A stretch of DNA of 64,000 nucleotides, taken from assembly GCA_043228905.1 (NCBI GenBank), contig JBHGNT010000015.1, positions 12,462,001-12,526,000 of the forward strand, given 5' to 3'. Under the pieces are notes generated by a model. That model did not search any database. It was not told where the DNA came from and saw only the letters and a program-made list of their open reading frames with translations. This document shows positions 25,046-37,067 of this stretch, one piece after another (within the stretch, counting starts at the first letter, position 1; every line of letters begins with the position of its first letter). The position numbers were made by a program, and so were the translations under genes. This DNA comes from Azolla caroliniana. Lineage: Eukaryota > Plantae > Polypodiophyta.

Positions 25046-26396
25046 ACGTAATAAAGATTTCCATTAAAGCTCATTTCTATGTAAGTCTCCGCCTTCCTGC
25101 TTTTCTGTGTTTTTTTTCGAGTACGCAAATAGGTTCGGCGGCACACACATACCAAACCCCCTATAACTGGTATCAAAGCGACCTTGCTGTTTGGCGGCAA
25201 CATACAACAGAAGAAGCTCAAAAGAAAAAGACGAGGTCAGTAAAAATGTCACTTTTCATAGAAGAATATGGCTTCAACATCCGGAATAGGAGTTGAAATT
25301 AGAAAGTTCGATGGAAAAAATTTTGCACTTTGGAAGGAGATGATGCAGGATGTTCTGATCATGAGACAAGTTGAAGCTATTCGATACAACGAAAAACCCG
25401 CTTCGATGATAGCCGAAGAGTGGAAATCGATGGATGAAATTGCACGCTCCACCAAACGAATGCATTTGGCCAAAAACGTCTACTTCAACATGGCAAAAGA
25501 GACGACAACGTTCTCACTGTGGGAGAAGTTACAAGCCGTGTACGAGAAGAAGTCCTCATCTTCGAAACTGATTTTGATCAAACAACTTTTCAAGATAAAG
25601 ATGTCAAGAGAAACCAATCCATCTACCTCCCACATCAACACCTTTAGCCGGGTGTTGTCAGAACTCTCCTCACAAGGGATCAACTTCGAAGAAGAAGTGA
25701 AAGCCCTTGCCCTCCTATCGAGCTTGCCGACGAGTTGGGAGGTATTCTGCACGACATACGCCAATAGTCGATCGATCCTAAATCTAGATGAGACGATCGG
25801 CCAAGTCGTCACCGAGGACATTCAGCGAAAATCGATGGGACTTACTTTCAATGAATCGGAAGAAGCCCATCACTTGACTGAGTCATTCGACCGACAGAGT
25901 CGTACGTGAGAACAAGTCGAAAGAACCAGTTAGAATACCAAGTGATCAAAAATGAGGGGAGACCGACATCAGTTGAAGTTGAGAACGGGTCGATCAGGCG
26001 AATTCTGCACATACTATAGAAAAGCTGGCCACAATGTTTCTGATTGTTGGTCAATCAAGAGGAAAGAGAATGGTTGCCGATCCGAGCGAAATCGAGGTAG
26101 ACCCGATTCAGACCACTCTCCAACTGGGAACCAAATCAACGTTTCCGACTCTCCATCGGGAGAAATTCTCTCCTTAGAGGAATCCATGATTGGGGAAGTC
26201 CTCTACATTGCACAAGAAGCACACAGGTGGTTACAGGATTCTGGTGCCACATTTCACGTTGTCGTAGTGTATTTCGTACACTACGTAAAAAAGTAAAAAT
26301 AATATAACCGATTTAATTACATATAAATAAATAAAATAAGAATATTAAGATATTTATCACCAATAAATAAAATAAGAATATCAAGATATTTATCAC

Positions 26397-26469
26397 GTGC
26401 ATAGGGCAAGATTCGAACCATGTACCTCCACATAACCAAACTTCAACTTTACCATTATGCTACCTTATC
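26397..26469 (-). promoter_or_regulatory. tRNA-like relic (Pol III A-box/B-box) within the LTR; second copy at 29289-29361
   Basis: Minus-strand TAGCATAATGG (26462-26452) and GGTTCGAATC (26419-26410) at tRNA-like spacing. Confidence 0.55.
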
Positions 26470-27123
26470 TTTAGTGTTTTATAAATAGATTTAATAACTA
26501 TAAGTGCTTTATTTGCGCCTACCTTTATTAAAAGGTAAATCATGTATTTTTAGAGTGCGTGAATATTTTATAGAAAAACGCAAGCAACTAAAAAGTGACT
26601 CATGCACATCTAGCGTGCATGAGCACTATATTTAGCAAATAAAAGCAAGGATTAGAAAAGCATCACATGCACATTTAGTGTGCATGAACATATTAGAAAA
26701 AAAAAGCATGTAGCTATGCTTAGTCTCTCCCATCACTACATAAGGATGGGGAGCACAATGTAATAGGTGTGTGAAATATTTGGAAATTGGATATATTTCC
26801 GAAAACACCAACCAATTAATATAATCGTGGGATTCACGAAAATAATATAATTATACTTGTGGGATTCACAAGTTTCTTATATCTTTCTTTCAATCTAAAT
26901 ACATATTCTTATCTAAATATTGATTAATCGAATACAATACACTCGTGGGATTCACGAAATTTCTATCTCTCTTTCTAATAATCTATTCATTACTAGCCTC
27001 ATCTCATATTCTTCTTTCTCCTAGTCCAAAACCCCGGCGGTTCCCACCCGACTCACGCAACGATCCGGAGCCGAAAGGCACGACACAGTTGGTGAACCCG
27101 ACGTGAAGGCGGGTGGCAAGGAG

Positions 27124-29199
27124 ATGGAGAATCAACAAGAGGCAATGAGCATAACGATGATGATGATGTTTGAGAGAATGCTACAAGAACAACGCGAGAT
27201 GTCGGAGATCACGACAGTAGTACAACGGCTCATGCAACGGAACGGGCAATTTGATGGAAAGGATGTGTCACGCTATCTACGTGACTACAAGGCGGAGATG
27301 ATACGATGTGGGATACCGGAAGGATTGCAAGTGACATCCTTCAATCGGGTAGCCACGGATGAGCTACAAGAGAGAATCCACAAGATACGGCAACAAAACT
27401 CGACATGGGGATCATTCGAAGAAGCTTTACGAGAGTCATATGATTACAAGAGATCGAAGGGACAAGATTGGCGAGAATTCGACGAATGGGTGGCATCGGA
27501 GAAGACCCACCGAAGTGCAACACAAGCATTCCTAGAGTTCGAGCATCGTTTTGCTCGACTCTCGGAGCGGGAACAACGATTGGTGGGAGAGGATAAAGTC
27601 CTAATGTTCGTAAAATCGATCGATCGAAAAGAAAGGATGGACATCGGGATCGAACTCGAAGACGATGAAGGTACGAATGGTCTTACCGAAGATTGGGCCG
27701 AAGTCCAAAGAGTATGCCGGAGACATGATGAGAGGAAGATGAGAATCTTGTCAACGACATGGCCGATGAAGGATGGTCGATTGAAGACAAACGATGGAGC
27801 CGATATGAAGGCCGAAATACAACATGATGGTCCGACGGAAGAGGGTGTAAAACAAGCTACCCTCTTGTCTTGCGAAACAACAACGACAAAGGATAAGGCC
27901 GATAACCCAAGTGTAGAAGAAGATTTCGGAATACAAGTGTCCGAAACATCGGGTGAAAAAGGGGTAAGCATAATTGATGTTTGCATAATTGATGCAGTGA
28001 AAGAGAGCAAGGAGGACTTGATTGAGGAGGTCGCCACGAAAGATGACATCGAATCGAAGGTGGCTATGGACGAATCAATGACGGATGGCCATATCGAGAC
28101 TTCCCCACGACTAATTCCAGAGACTCCGGCGGTTGCGTTCGAAAGGCAACGTGAGACCGAAGAGACGGAAGGTGGCGGAGAGAAAACAAAGGTCGAAGTC
28201 GATGCATACGACAGAGAGATAGCCGAGAATATGGCTATGGGTGAAACAATGGAGGATGATAATACTGAGGATTCCTGCCCACTAATCCTAGAGACTTCGG
28301 CGGTTGTGTCTGAGAAGCAACGTGAGACCGGAGAGACGGGAGGTGGCGGCAAGAAAGGTAAAGTCGGAAGCCAGTTAGGATGGAAGGTGATCCGGACGGG
28401 ATTCCGATCCGAAAGAAAGCCGAACCGGGTAAAAGAGGATTCGACCGAAAGTCGACCCGAAAGAAAGCCGAACCGAAAGGAAGAGAACTCGGCCGAAAGA
28501 AGACACAAACGAAAGCCGAACCGGGCGAATGAGGATTCGGTCGAAAGACGACCCAAAAGAAAGCCGACCCGAAAAGGGGTCGACTCGGTCAAAACCGATC
28601 GACTGAGTCTGACTTGGCCGAACGCGAATATGGATGGAAGCCGACCTAGCCGAAAGCCGATCGGACGAAACCGATCCGAAAAGAAGCTAATCCGACTCAA
28701 CCGGAGGTTGGACCGGTCGAGGCTGGTGAAAACGAGGAAAAGAAAGCCAACCAAAACCAAAACCGATAAATCGAAACCGGGCCGGAAGGAGACCGACTCA
28801 ATCGAAACCGAACAACCGATTCCGATTCGGCCGAATACGAATCCGATCGGAAGCCGATCAAACCAAAAGTCGATCGGACGAGAGCGATCCGGAAAAAAGT
28901 CAAGGTTGATGAAGACAACAAAGAGGCCAGTAAAAGACAGTACCACGAATGACAAGGGCCAAGAATATGACGAGAGAGAACAAAGAATATGGTGGATCGG
29001 ATGGCGACAATGGTTCGGGTGGAAAGAATGGGTCTACTCAAAATGGAGAGACAAAGTTGACATAGCGGGACAAACGGAGGATGAAGGGGAGACAACGAGC
29101 ATCAGCAACTTCGGCACATACCGGAGGATGTGCGGGTTCGGAGGGGGCGAGTGTCGTAGTGTATTTCGTACACTACGTAAAAAAGTAAAAATAATATAA
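27124..29199 (+). CDS. Gag capsid-like N-domain plus acidic and basic repetitive tail (691 aa from ATG)
   Basis: Uninterrupted ORF. The N-terminal ~210 aa are homologous to the gag fragments at 41048 and 53039 (GQFDG, TSFxRV, DKVLxFxKSID). Stop lies inside the 3' LTR. Confidence 0.8.
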   Translation: MENQQEAMSITMMMMFERMLQEQREMSEITTVVQRLMQRNGQFDGKDVSRYLRDYKAEMIRCGIPEGLQVTSFNRVATDELQERIHKIRQQNSTWGSFEEALRESYDYKRSKGQDWREFDEWVASEKTHRSATQAFLEFEHRFARLSEREQRLVGEDKVLMFVKSIDRKERMDIGIELEDDEGTNGLTEDWAEVQRVCRRHDERKMRILSTTWPMKDGRLKTNDGADMKAEIQHDGPTEEGVKQATLLSCETTTTKDKADNPSVEEDFGIQVSETSGEKGVSIIDVCIIDAVKESKEDLIEEVATKDDIESKVAMDESMTDGHIETSPRLIPETPAVAFERQRETEETEGGGEKTKVEVDAYDREIAENMAMGETMEDDNTEDSCPLILETSAVVSEKQRETGETGGGGKKGKVGSQLGWKVIRTGFRSERKPNRVKEDSTESRPERKPNRKEENSAERRHKRKPNRANEDSVERRPKRKPTRKGVDSVKTDRLSLTWPNANMDGSRPSRKPIGRNRSEKKLIRLNRRLDRSRLVKTRKRKPTKTKTDKSKPGRKETDSIETEQPIPIRPNTNPIGSRSNQKSIGRERSGKKSRLMKTTKRPVKDSTTNDKGQEYDEREQRIWWIGWRQWFGWKEWVYSKWRDKVDIAGQTEDEGETTSISNFGTYRRMCGFGGGECRSVFRTLRKKVKII

Positions 29200-32100
29200 C
29201 CGATTTAATTACATATAAATAAATAAAATAAGAATATTAAGATATTTATCACCAATAAATAAAATAAGAATATCAAGATATTTATCACGTGCATAGGGCA
29301 AGATTCGAACCATGTACCTCCACATAACCAAACTTCAACTTTACCATTATGCTACCTTATCTTTAGTGTTTTATAAATAGATTTAATAACTATAAGTGCT
29401 TTATTTGCGCCTACCTTTATTAAAAGGTAAATCATGTATTTTTAGAGTGCGTGAATATTTTATAGAAAAACGCAAGCAACTAAAAAGTGACTCATGCACA
29501 TCTAGCGTGCATGAGCACTATATTTAGCAAATAAAAGCAAGGATTAGAAAAGCATCACATGCACATTTAGTGTGCATGAACATATTAGAAAAAAAAAGCA
29601 TGTAGCTATGCTTAGTCTCTCCCATCACTACATAAGGATGGGGAGCACAATGTAATAGGTGTGTGAAATATTTGGAAATTGGATATATTTCCGAAAACAC
29701 CAACCAATTAATATAATCGTGGGATTCACGAAAATAATATAATTATACTTGTGGGATTCACAAGTTTCTTATATCTTTCTTTCAATCTAAATACATATTC
29801 TTATCTAAATATTGATTAATCGAATACAATACACTCGTGGGATTCACGAAATTTCTATCTCTCTTTCTAATAATCTATTCATTACTAGCCTCATCTCATA
29901 TTCTTCTTTCTCCTAGTCCAAAACCCCGGCGGTTCCCACCCGACTCACGCAACGATCCGGAGCCGAAAGGCACGACAACGTGACCCCAAACATAGAATGG
30001 TTTTCGAACTATTCGGTTGACACCAGTAGCACATTCCGACTAGGCAACGTGCAGGAGTGCAGAATCGTAGGAACCGGAGAGGTACCCATTCGATTGCCCA
30101 ATGGGAACATGATCACCCTGCACCAAGTCAGGCATGTACCTGATCTAAAAAGGAGTCTGGTCTCCATCGGCATGCTAGTCGAAGACGGGTACCGAACGAC
30201 TCTAAGTGAGTTGATATGGATGATCAACCGAGGAAATCTCAGAATTGGGAGTGGACACAAGTACAATAAACTATACCCACTAATGGCGATCAATCCAGAA
30301 GGGGCCGTGAACGTAACCGAAAAGACCGACCCAAACCTATGGCATGGCCGCCTCGACCATATGTCTCAAGCCAAACTTGATCGGCTAATGTCGGTAGGCT
30401 ACATCCCAAAACTCCAAGCAAAGACGAACTTCTGTGAGCACTGTCGATATGGGAAATAGACCCGAAGTCTGCACTCTCTCCATTACGAGCCAATACGACA
30501 ACCCCTAGAGCTCGTGCACACAGATATATGTGGGCCCATGCTAGAGCGATCAGTAGGAGGCTCCCAGTACTTCATCATATTTGTAGATGATTGAATGCGG
30601 AAAGTTTGGGCATACTCCATCAGGTCCAAAGATGAAGCGCTCGAGGTCTTCACTGGGTGGATATCTGAAGTGGAGAACCAGTTAGGACACAAAGTAAAGA
30701 CACTCTGATCTGACAATGGAGGCGAATATACCTCCAGATCCTTCAAGCAATACCTGTCCAACAAAGGGATCCGACATCAAAAGACCATTCCCTACACACC
30801 CATGCAAAATGGAGTGGCAGAATGGATCAACAGAACGATCCAAGAGAGGGTGACGACAATGCTTCAACAAGCCGGACTGAAGCTAGAATTCTTGGGTAGA
30901 AGGATTGCAAACAACACTACACCTGATAAATCTGGCGCCATCATGATCAATCATGCTCAAAGTGCCACAGGCACTATGGTCAGGCAAAAAACTGACCTAC
31001 GATAGGTTCCATGTATTCGGATGCAAAGCCTACGCGTTCATCCCTAGGGAGAAAAGGACCAAGTTGGCATCCAATGCAACAAAATGTGTATTTCTCGGTT
31101 ACGGAACCGATGGGGACTTTGGCTACCGGCTATGGGACCTTGAGAACCGGAAACTAATTGAGGCAGTGACATAGTCTTCAATGAAGACTCTATCTTCTCT
31201 CAACGGAACCAACAGAAAATAGAAGGGAAAAAGGTATCTTTCAAAGAAGACAAAGACGTCATGGAAAGACCGACCCACCGAGCTGACTCAGAGATTCGAC
31301 AAATAGTCGAACTCGACCAAGCTGACAATATATCAGCCGACTCTGAATCAGTAGAAACTCCACTAGTTGAACTCAAAGACAAAGCCACCAAAGACAGAGC
31401 CAATTCAACAAGAGTCGAAGCGGGAAAAATCAACAAGATGCGAGTAGGAAACAGAACCGAGTCGACAAAGTCCATAGGGGAGAACAACGTGACACCACCG
31501 AAATCCTGACATGGCCGCACCAGACATCGAAACATGGCTACAAACCATGAAATCCGAAATGGACTCGATTCACTAGAATCAAACTTGGGAGGTGGTCTAA
31601 GTACCAGCTAGAAGAAAGCCGCTACCTTGGAAATGGGTATTCCGATACCAGTATGTATCTGACTCAGAAAAACCCAAGTACAAAGCTCGGTTTGTCATGA
31701 AAGGGTTCAAGCAAGAACACGGGGTCGACTATGATGAGATGTTCTCACCAGTAGTCAAGATGACCACCCTCCGACTCCTACCAGGAGTTGTAGCGACAAA
31801 AGATCTTGAGCTTGAGCAAATGGATGTGAAGACAACACGACGTTCCTACATGGAGATCTAGAAAAAAACATCTACATGTCTCAACCGGCTGGCTTCTTGG
31901 AGACGGAGGAGGAAAGACAAGTTGAATAAAGAAAAGTCTATATGGCTTGAAACAAACGCGGAGGATGTGGTACCAGAAGTTTGACTCTTACATCAGAAAA
32001 CTTGGATACTGCAAAACTGACTCCAACCCATGTATGTATGTTCGGCAATTGGCCGACGATTCTAGGATCTATCTGATCCTATATGTCGACGACATGATGA

Positions 32101-33284
32101 TTGCAGGAAGCAATCAAGTAGAGATCGGAAAGCTGAAGCGGAGCCTTCATGACAAGTTCGCGATGAAGGAACTCGGACAAGCCCGACACATACTAGGCAT
32201 GAAGATCGAGCGAAATTGGATGACCAAGACTCTCCCCGACTCTCCTAGTCCGACTATATTTGGAAGGTGCTGGAGCGCTTCAACATGGAGAATGTGAAGC
32301 CAACACCAACACCGCTTCCGATGACGATTCGACTATCGGACAGAGACTCTCCTTCAACAGACAAGGAGAGAGAGCTTAATGGAAAGATGCCCTACGCATT
32401 GGCCGTAGGAAGCATCATGTACGCAATGGTGGTGACCCGACCCGACCTAGCCTATTTGTAGGGGTGGTCAATCGGTACATGTCAAACCCAGGGCGGAAGC
32501 ATTGAGAGGCCGTCAAGCACATCTTCAGGTACCTGATAGGGACCGAAGATACACAACTGACTTTCAGTTTGACAACCTCAACTGAAGTTGAAGGCTACAC
32601 CGATTCCGACAATATCATGGAGGTCGACTCTGTCTAAAACAGAAGCTGAGTACATAGTGGCATCAGAGGCAACAAAGGAAGCAATCTAGTTGCACCGACT
32701 GTTTGCTGACTTCTCAGATACAAGCATAAACGACTGGCTATTGCCAACCATTCATTGCGACTCATAGAGCGCAATACACGTCATCACCAATCCCGTCTAC
32801 CATGCAAAGACGAAGCATATTGAGGTGTGGTATCATCACATCCGCGAGCTCATAACCGATTAGAAGCTCGAAGTCCGGAACATCGCCGATTGCCTAACGA
32901 AGCCACTCCCAGATCTATAGTAAGGACGAAGATGGGACTATGACAAGCAACCGAGAAGAAGAAAGCCGAACGAGGGACAATAGGTAAGACCTGATCGGAA
33001 CGACTATATCTACACTTACTATGTACCTCTGTCGACTCGGCCACATGCCGACTGACTTGTAATGTAAATTTAGGATAATCTTGTAATCTAGATTTACGGG
33101 GGAGATAACATCAAACATTTGTATACGTAAGAAAGAGTAGTCCTTTTATGGGGGAGACATAAAAGCTCGACTCCTTCCAATTTGTATCTGTCCTAGTGTG
33201 AACTCGTCCACATAGTAGGGCTTAATATATAAGCAATAACCTAACGTTGTAAAGATAGAAGAGATACACATTATATCAAGACTC

Positions 33285-33287
<3 letters not shown>

Positions 33288-33370
<83 letters not shown>
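33288..33370. repeat. (GA)n microsatellite expanded inside a family A LTR
   Basis: Seen directly. Confidence 0.95.
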
Positions 33371-33371
<1 letters not shown>

Positions 33372-33509
33372 AAACATAATAAAGCTTTCCATTAAAGCTC
33401 GTTTTTGTGTAAGTCTCTGCCTTCCTCCTTTTCTGTGTAAGTCTCTACCTTCCTCTGAGTACGCAAACAGGTTCTCATACGGTTCCGCATACGCACACAC
33501 CTACCTCGA

Positions 33510-35609
33510 TGTATAGAATAGAGTATTTTTTATTGTTTGGCTCTCTCGTTGTCTCTCTCTCATGTATTGTTCTCAAGATTTCCATTAAACTTGTGTTTTT
33601 GTTTTCTGTTGCTATCTGGCCAAGCCAGTTGTGGTATGTGTGTAGCTTCTACATGATAATTTCTACATGGCATCAGAGCATGAGGGTTAGAACATCCTCT
33701 ACTGCCGACAAGAATAGTCGAACATAGAAGAGAAATGGATAGAGGTATGGGAAGCTCGCTTCCGACGGAGAAGTTTGACAGGAGCAACTATGCATCTTGG
33801 TCATACAAGATGCACTAGTACCTCCTTGGACACGGGTACTAGAGATATGTCGAAGGAGCAAACGATGCAACACCGGACACAACACATAGGGATTTTCCGG
33901 CCTGGGAGCAGGTGGCAAGCAGAGTAATGTATTGCTTCACGTCCAACGTTGGTGATTAGCCAATCAGGTACATCCGGGATGCCAAGATGCCCAAAGATGC
34001 TTGGACGAACCTGAAGAAGGTTTTTGTGGCAAGCACAACGACCAGGTTGTTGCAACTCTGGCACGAGGTCAACAATGTCCGACAGAAAGTTCTGTCTAAG
34101 GCAGATTATACATCCCGAATCAAGGACATTTGTGACTCCCTCACCTCCATAAACATGACCGTCGAGGAGGACAAAATGGTGCAGGTTTGTCTAGGTGGGC
34201 TGGTGTCTACGTTCGGATCATTCCGAATGGCTGTTTGCACGAGAGAGAATGTTGGGAAATAGGTCCCTCCGGATGGGAAGAGAATGAACCGAGTTGGATG
34301 GAGTAAATAAGTATTTCGATCAAGGCCAATAGGCCGAGGCCGAAATAAAAAACCGAAACCAAAATCGGGAGACCATATATGTAAATAGTCTAAAGGTACC
34401 CCTTGTGGGCTATGTATGTAAATGGCCAGAAAGTTGTATATGTATAAATACAATTAGGGCAAAAGCTTTATAGTGTGGTTGTAGTCATCATTGTTGTATA
34501 GTTACATACAAGGTAGTTGCCTCTGTGAAAGTGAGAATGAGAGTGAGAGTGAGAGAGTTAGTGTGTGTAACTTTGCAGCCGTCTATCAAACGAAGAAGAT
34601 CTCGAGGTCGTTGCCTCAGAGTTTCTTATTGTACTTCCTCTCATTATAGTGATTCTGTTTCTCGAGGTTTGTGGACCCCCGTGGTTTTTCCCTTTCGGGT
34701 TTTCCATGTTAAATATCTTGTGTCTCAGTACTTCTATTTTCTGCCCCCTCGATTTTTGTCTGCGTATTATCCTGCTCATTCCTTTTGCACCGGAACAAGT
34801 CTACGGGAAACCGGTTGTGGCCGGTTCTTGATCCTAATAGAGAATACACCGTCATTCTTCAAGTTGCAATCGATGCTTCTCGTTGAAGAGAACCACGCGG
34901 GTGTGTCGACGAGTATGCACACTGACAACAAGATGTTGTACACGGAGGAAGACATGCCCTATGTTCGTGGTGGATAATGCGGGTTGGCACGCAATGGAGG
35001 TGGCCGACAGGAGCAAAACCGAAGGAATAATCGAAATGCCAACAACATATCCAAACCCTCCGGAAACAGGGGGAGTCAAGGGGCGCAGGAAATTTGCATG
35101 CAAAGGCCGACTCGAAGTGCTGGTACTATGGCACGAAACGCCATTGAGACAACAAGTGTTGGAAGAAGCGCTCTGATTCAGACAAATCTGGATCGAGCTT
35201 GGAGGATGCAAATAAGCGTCAAAGATCGCACTACGCTGATGGCTCAGGAGGAGCCGAAAATGGATCAGGCCTAGCCTTTGTGATGACGCACAAGGCTAAT
35301 TCGATGAAGACAAGCATCTCGAAATCGAAAGAGGTACTATGGTATGTTGATTTCGGGGCATCGCACCACAAGACGAGCCACGAGGAGTGGTTCTCGTATT
35401 TGGAGAAACCGGAACAACCGGGGTTTGTCGAAGCCGGTGATGACACCCGACATACCATCGAACATGTCAATGAAGTTCCGCTAAACCATGTCAGACATAC
35501 CATCGAAGATCATGCACCAATTGCGTAAGATGGGGTTTGCGGCCTTGATGTTGGACTCTTCACTGTTCATCCAAAAATATCCCGACGGTCCTATATGTAT
35601 CCTGCTATA
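33510..35609 (+). mobile_element. Truncated, internally deleted Ty1/Copia (family C, copy 1)
   Basis: PBS TGGCATCAGAGC at 33668; gag MDRGMGSSLPTEKFDRSNYASW; protease WYVDFGAS; jumps to RT (ICILLY) and ends at the family A LTR. Confidence 0.85.
34250..34839 (+). mobile_element. Solo Copia LTR (590 bp) inserted in the gag of family C copy 1
   Basis: TSD GAGAA (34245-34249 / 34840-34844); removal restores VCTRENTPSFF; 3' end CA is mutated to TA. Confidence 0.9.
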
Positions 35610-37067
35610 TGTTGGCATAAAAGGCCAACTCCTTCCACTTTGTATCCTAGTGTGAACTCGTCCATATAGTTTAGGCTTAGTATATAAGCGATAACCTAAT
35701 GTTGTAAGGGCGAGATCGCTTAATCATCTTGTACATCGAGTCTTAGAGAGAGAGAGAGAGTGAGAGAGATAACAGAAATAAAGAGAGCTTCAATAAAAGC
35801 TTCATCTGTGTGTCTATTATTTGTCTATATCTTCTTGCCTTCCCTCTGTGTTGTTTGTAGAGCATAACCGATAGGTCCTCACATACGTTTACGGGCATAT
35901 CTATCCTTCAACTGGTATCAGAGTGATCCACGGCTCGACGGTAACAAACAGTAAAAAAAAAGTTGAAAAGAAAAAGACCAAGTTAGCAAATCTCACTTTC
36001 AAAAGAATAATGGTGTCAACATCCAGTATAGGAGTTGAGATCCGAAAATTCGACGGCAAAAACTTTGCCCTATGGAAGGAGATGATGCAGGATGTACTGT
36101 TTATTCGATGACAGGTCGAGCCCATTCGACACTCCAAAAACCCCGCTTCAATGTCGGCCAATGAGTGGAGATCAATGGACGAAATCGCACACTCCACCAT
36201 TCGAATGTACCTAGCTGAAAACGTCTGCTTCAGCATGGCAAAATAGATGACAACGTTCTCATTATGGGAGAAGCTACAAGCCGTGTACAAGAAAATGTCC
36301 TCATCTTCAAAATTGATCTTGATCAAACAACAGTTCAACATGAAGATGAGAGAGACCGATCTGGCTACCTCTCACATCAACACCTTCAGCCAGGTGTTGT
36401 CATAACTCTCCTCACAAGGGATCAACTTCGAAGAAGTGAAAGCCCTTGCCCTCCTATCGAGCTTGTTGGCGAGTTGGGAGATATTCTGCATGACATACGC
36501 CAATAGCCAACCGATCCTAAATCTGGATGAAACGATCAGCCAAGTCCTCACCGAGGACATTCGGCGAAAATCGATGGGACTTACCATCGATGAATCGGCA
36601 GAAGCCCATCACTCGAACGAGTCATTGGACTGAGAGAGTCGAACGAGAGAACAAGCCAACAAAACCGGTCAAAACACCAACCGATCAAAAACGAGGTGAG
36701 ACTGACAACGGTCGAAGTCGAGAATGGGAAGACCAGGCGAATTCTGCACACACTGTAGAAAATCTTGCCACAATGTTGCCGACTGTGGGTCAATCAAGAG
36801 GAAAGAGAGTGGTCTGCAAATCGAGGGAAATCGAGGACGACCAGAATCGGACCACTCTCCAGTCGGAAACCAAGTCAATGTTGCCAACTCCTGATCAAGA
36901 GAAATTCTCTCCTTAGACGATTCAATTATAGGAGAAGTCCTATACTGTGCACAAGATGCACACACATGGTTACTGGATTCCAATGCCACATTCCACATGA
37001 CCCCCAACATGGAATGGTTTTCGAACTATTCAGCCAACGCTAGTGGCACAATCCGACTAGGCAACGA
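35610..37067 (+). mobile_element. 5' part of Ty1/Copia (family A, copy 3)
   Basis: LTR 35610-35910; PBS TGGTATCAGAG at 35913; gag from ~36010; protease WLLDSNATFHMTP; cut by a Gypsy LTR at 37068. Confidence 0.88.

Larger units (their letters stand above)
26260..29977 (+). mobile_element. Young non-autonomous Gag-only (TR-GAG-like) Ty3/Gypsy-derived LTR element
   Basis: 826-bp LTRs at 26260-27085 and 29152-29977 (TGTCG..CGACA), no mismatch seen. TSD ACGT; tRNA-Trp PBS 27090-27107; PPT 29141-29151; no pol. Confidence 0.93.
25020..33510 (+). mobile_element. Ty1/Copia (family A, copy 2), degenerate, hosting the Gag-only Gypsy insertion
   Basis: Partial 5' LTR to ~25165; PBS TGGTATCAAAGC at 25168; gag at 25268. 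Protease region DSGATFH|VTP is split at 26259/29978. IN, RT (LYVDD) and RH follow; 3' LTR ~33158-33510. Confidence 0.9.

Noticed and set aside
24688-25064. Several overlapping ORFs (poly-R/D/T/V)
   Set aside because: Artefacts of a degenerate trinucleotide repeat.
26397-26469. Functional tRNA gene
   Set aside because: The anticodon and T stems do not pair properly; kept only as a relic.
28400-28600. Regularly spaced ~48-bp repeats as a CRISPR-like array
   Set aside because: Degenerate in-frame coding repeats without unique spacers; eukaryotic context and no cas genes.
27444-28955. 503-aa antisense ORF opposite the Gag-only ORF
   Set aside because: S/F/L/R-rich with no recognisable motif; explicable as the shadow of a purine-rich repetitive sense ORF. 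Revisit only if conserved across copies.
33146-33516. RE/SL dipeptide ORFs
   Set aside because: Translations of the (GA)n microsatellite.
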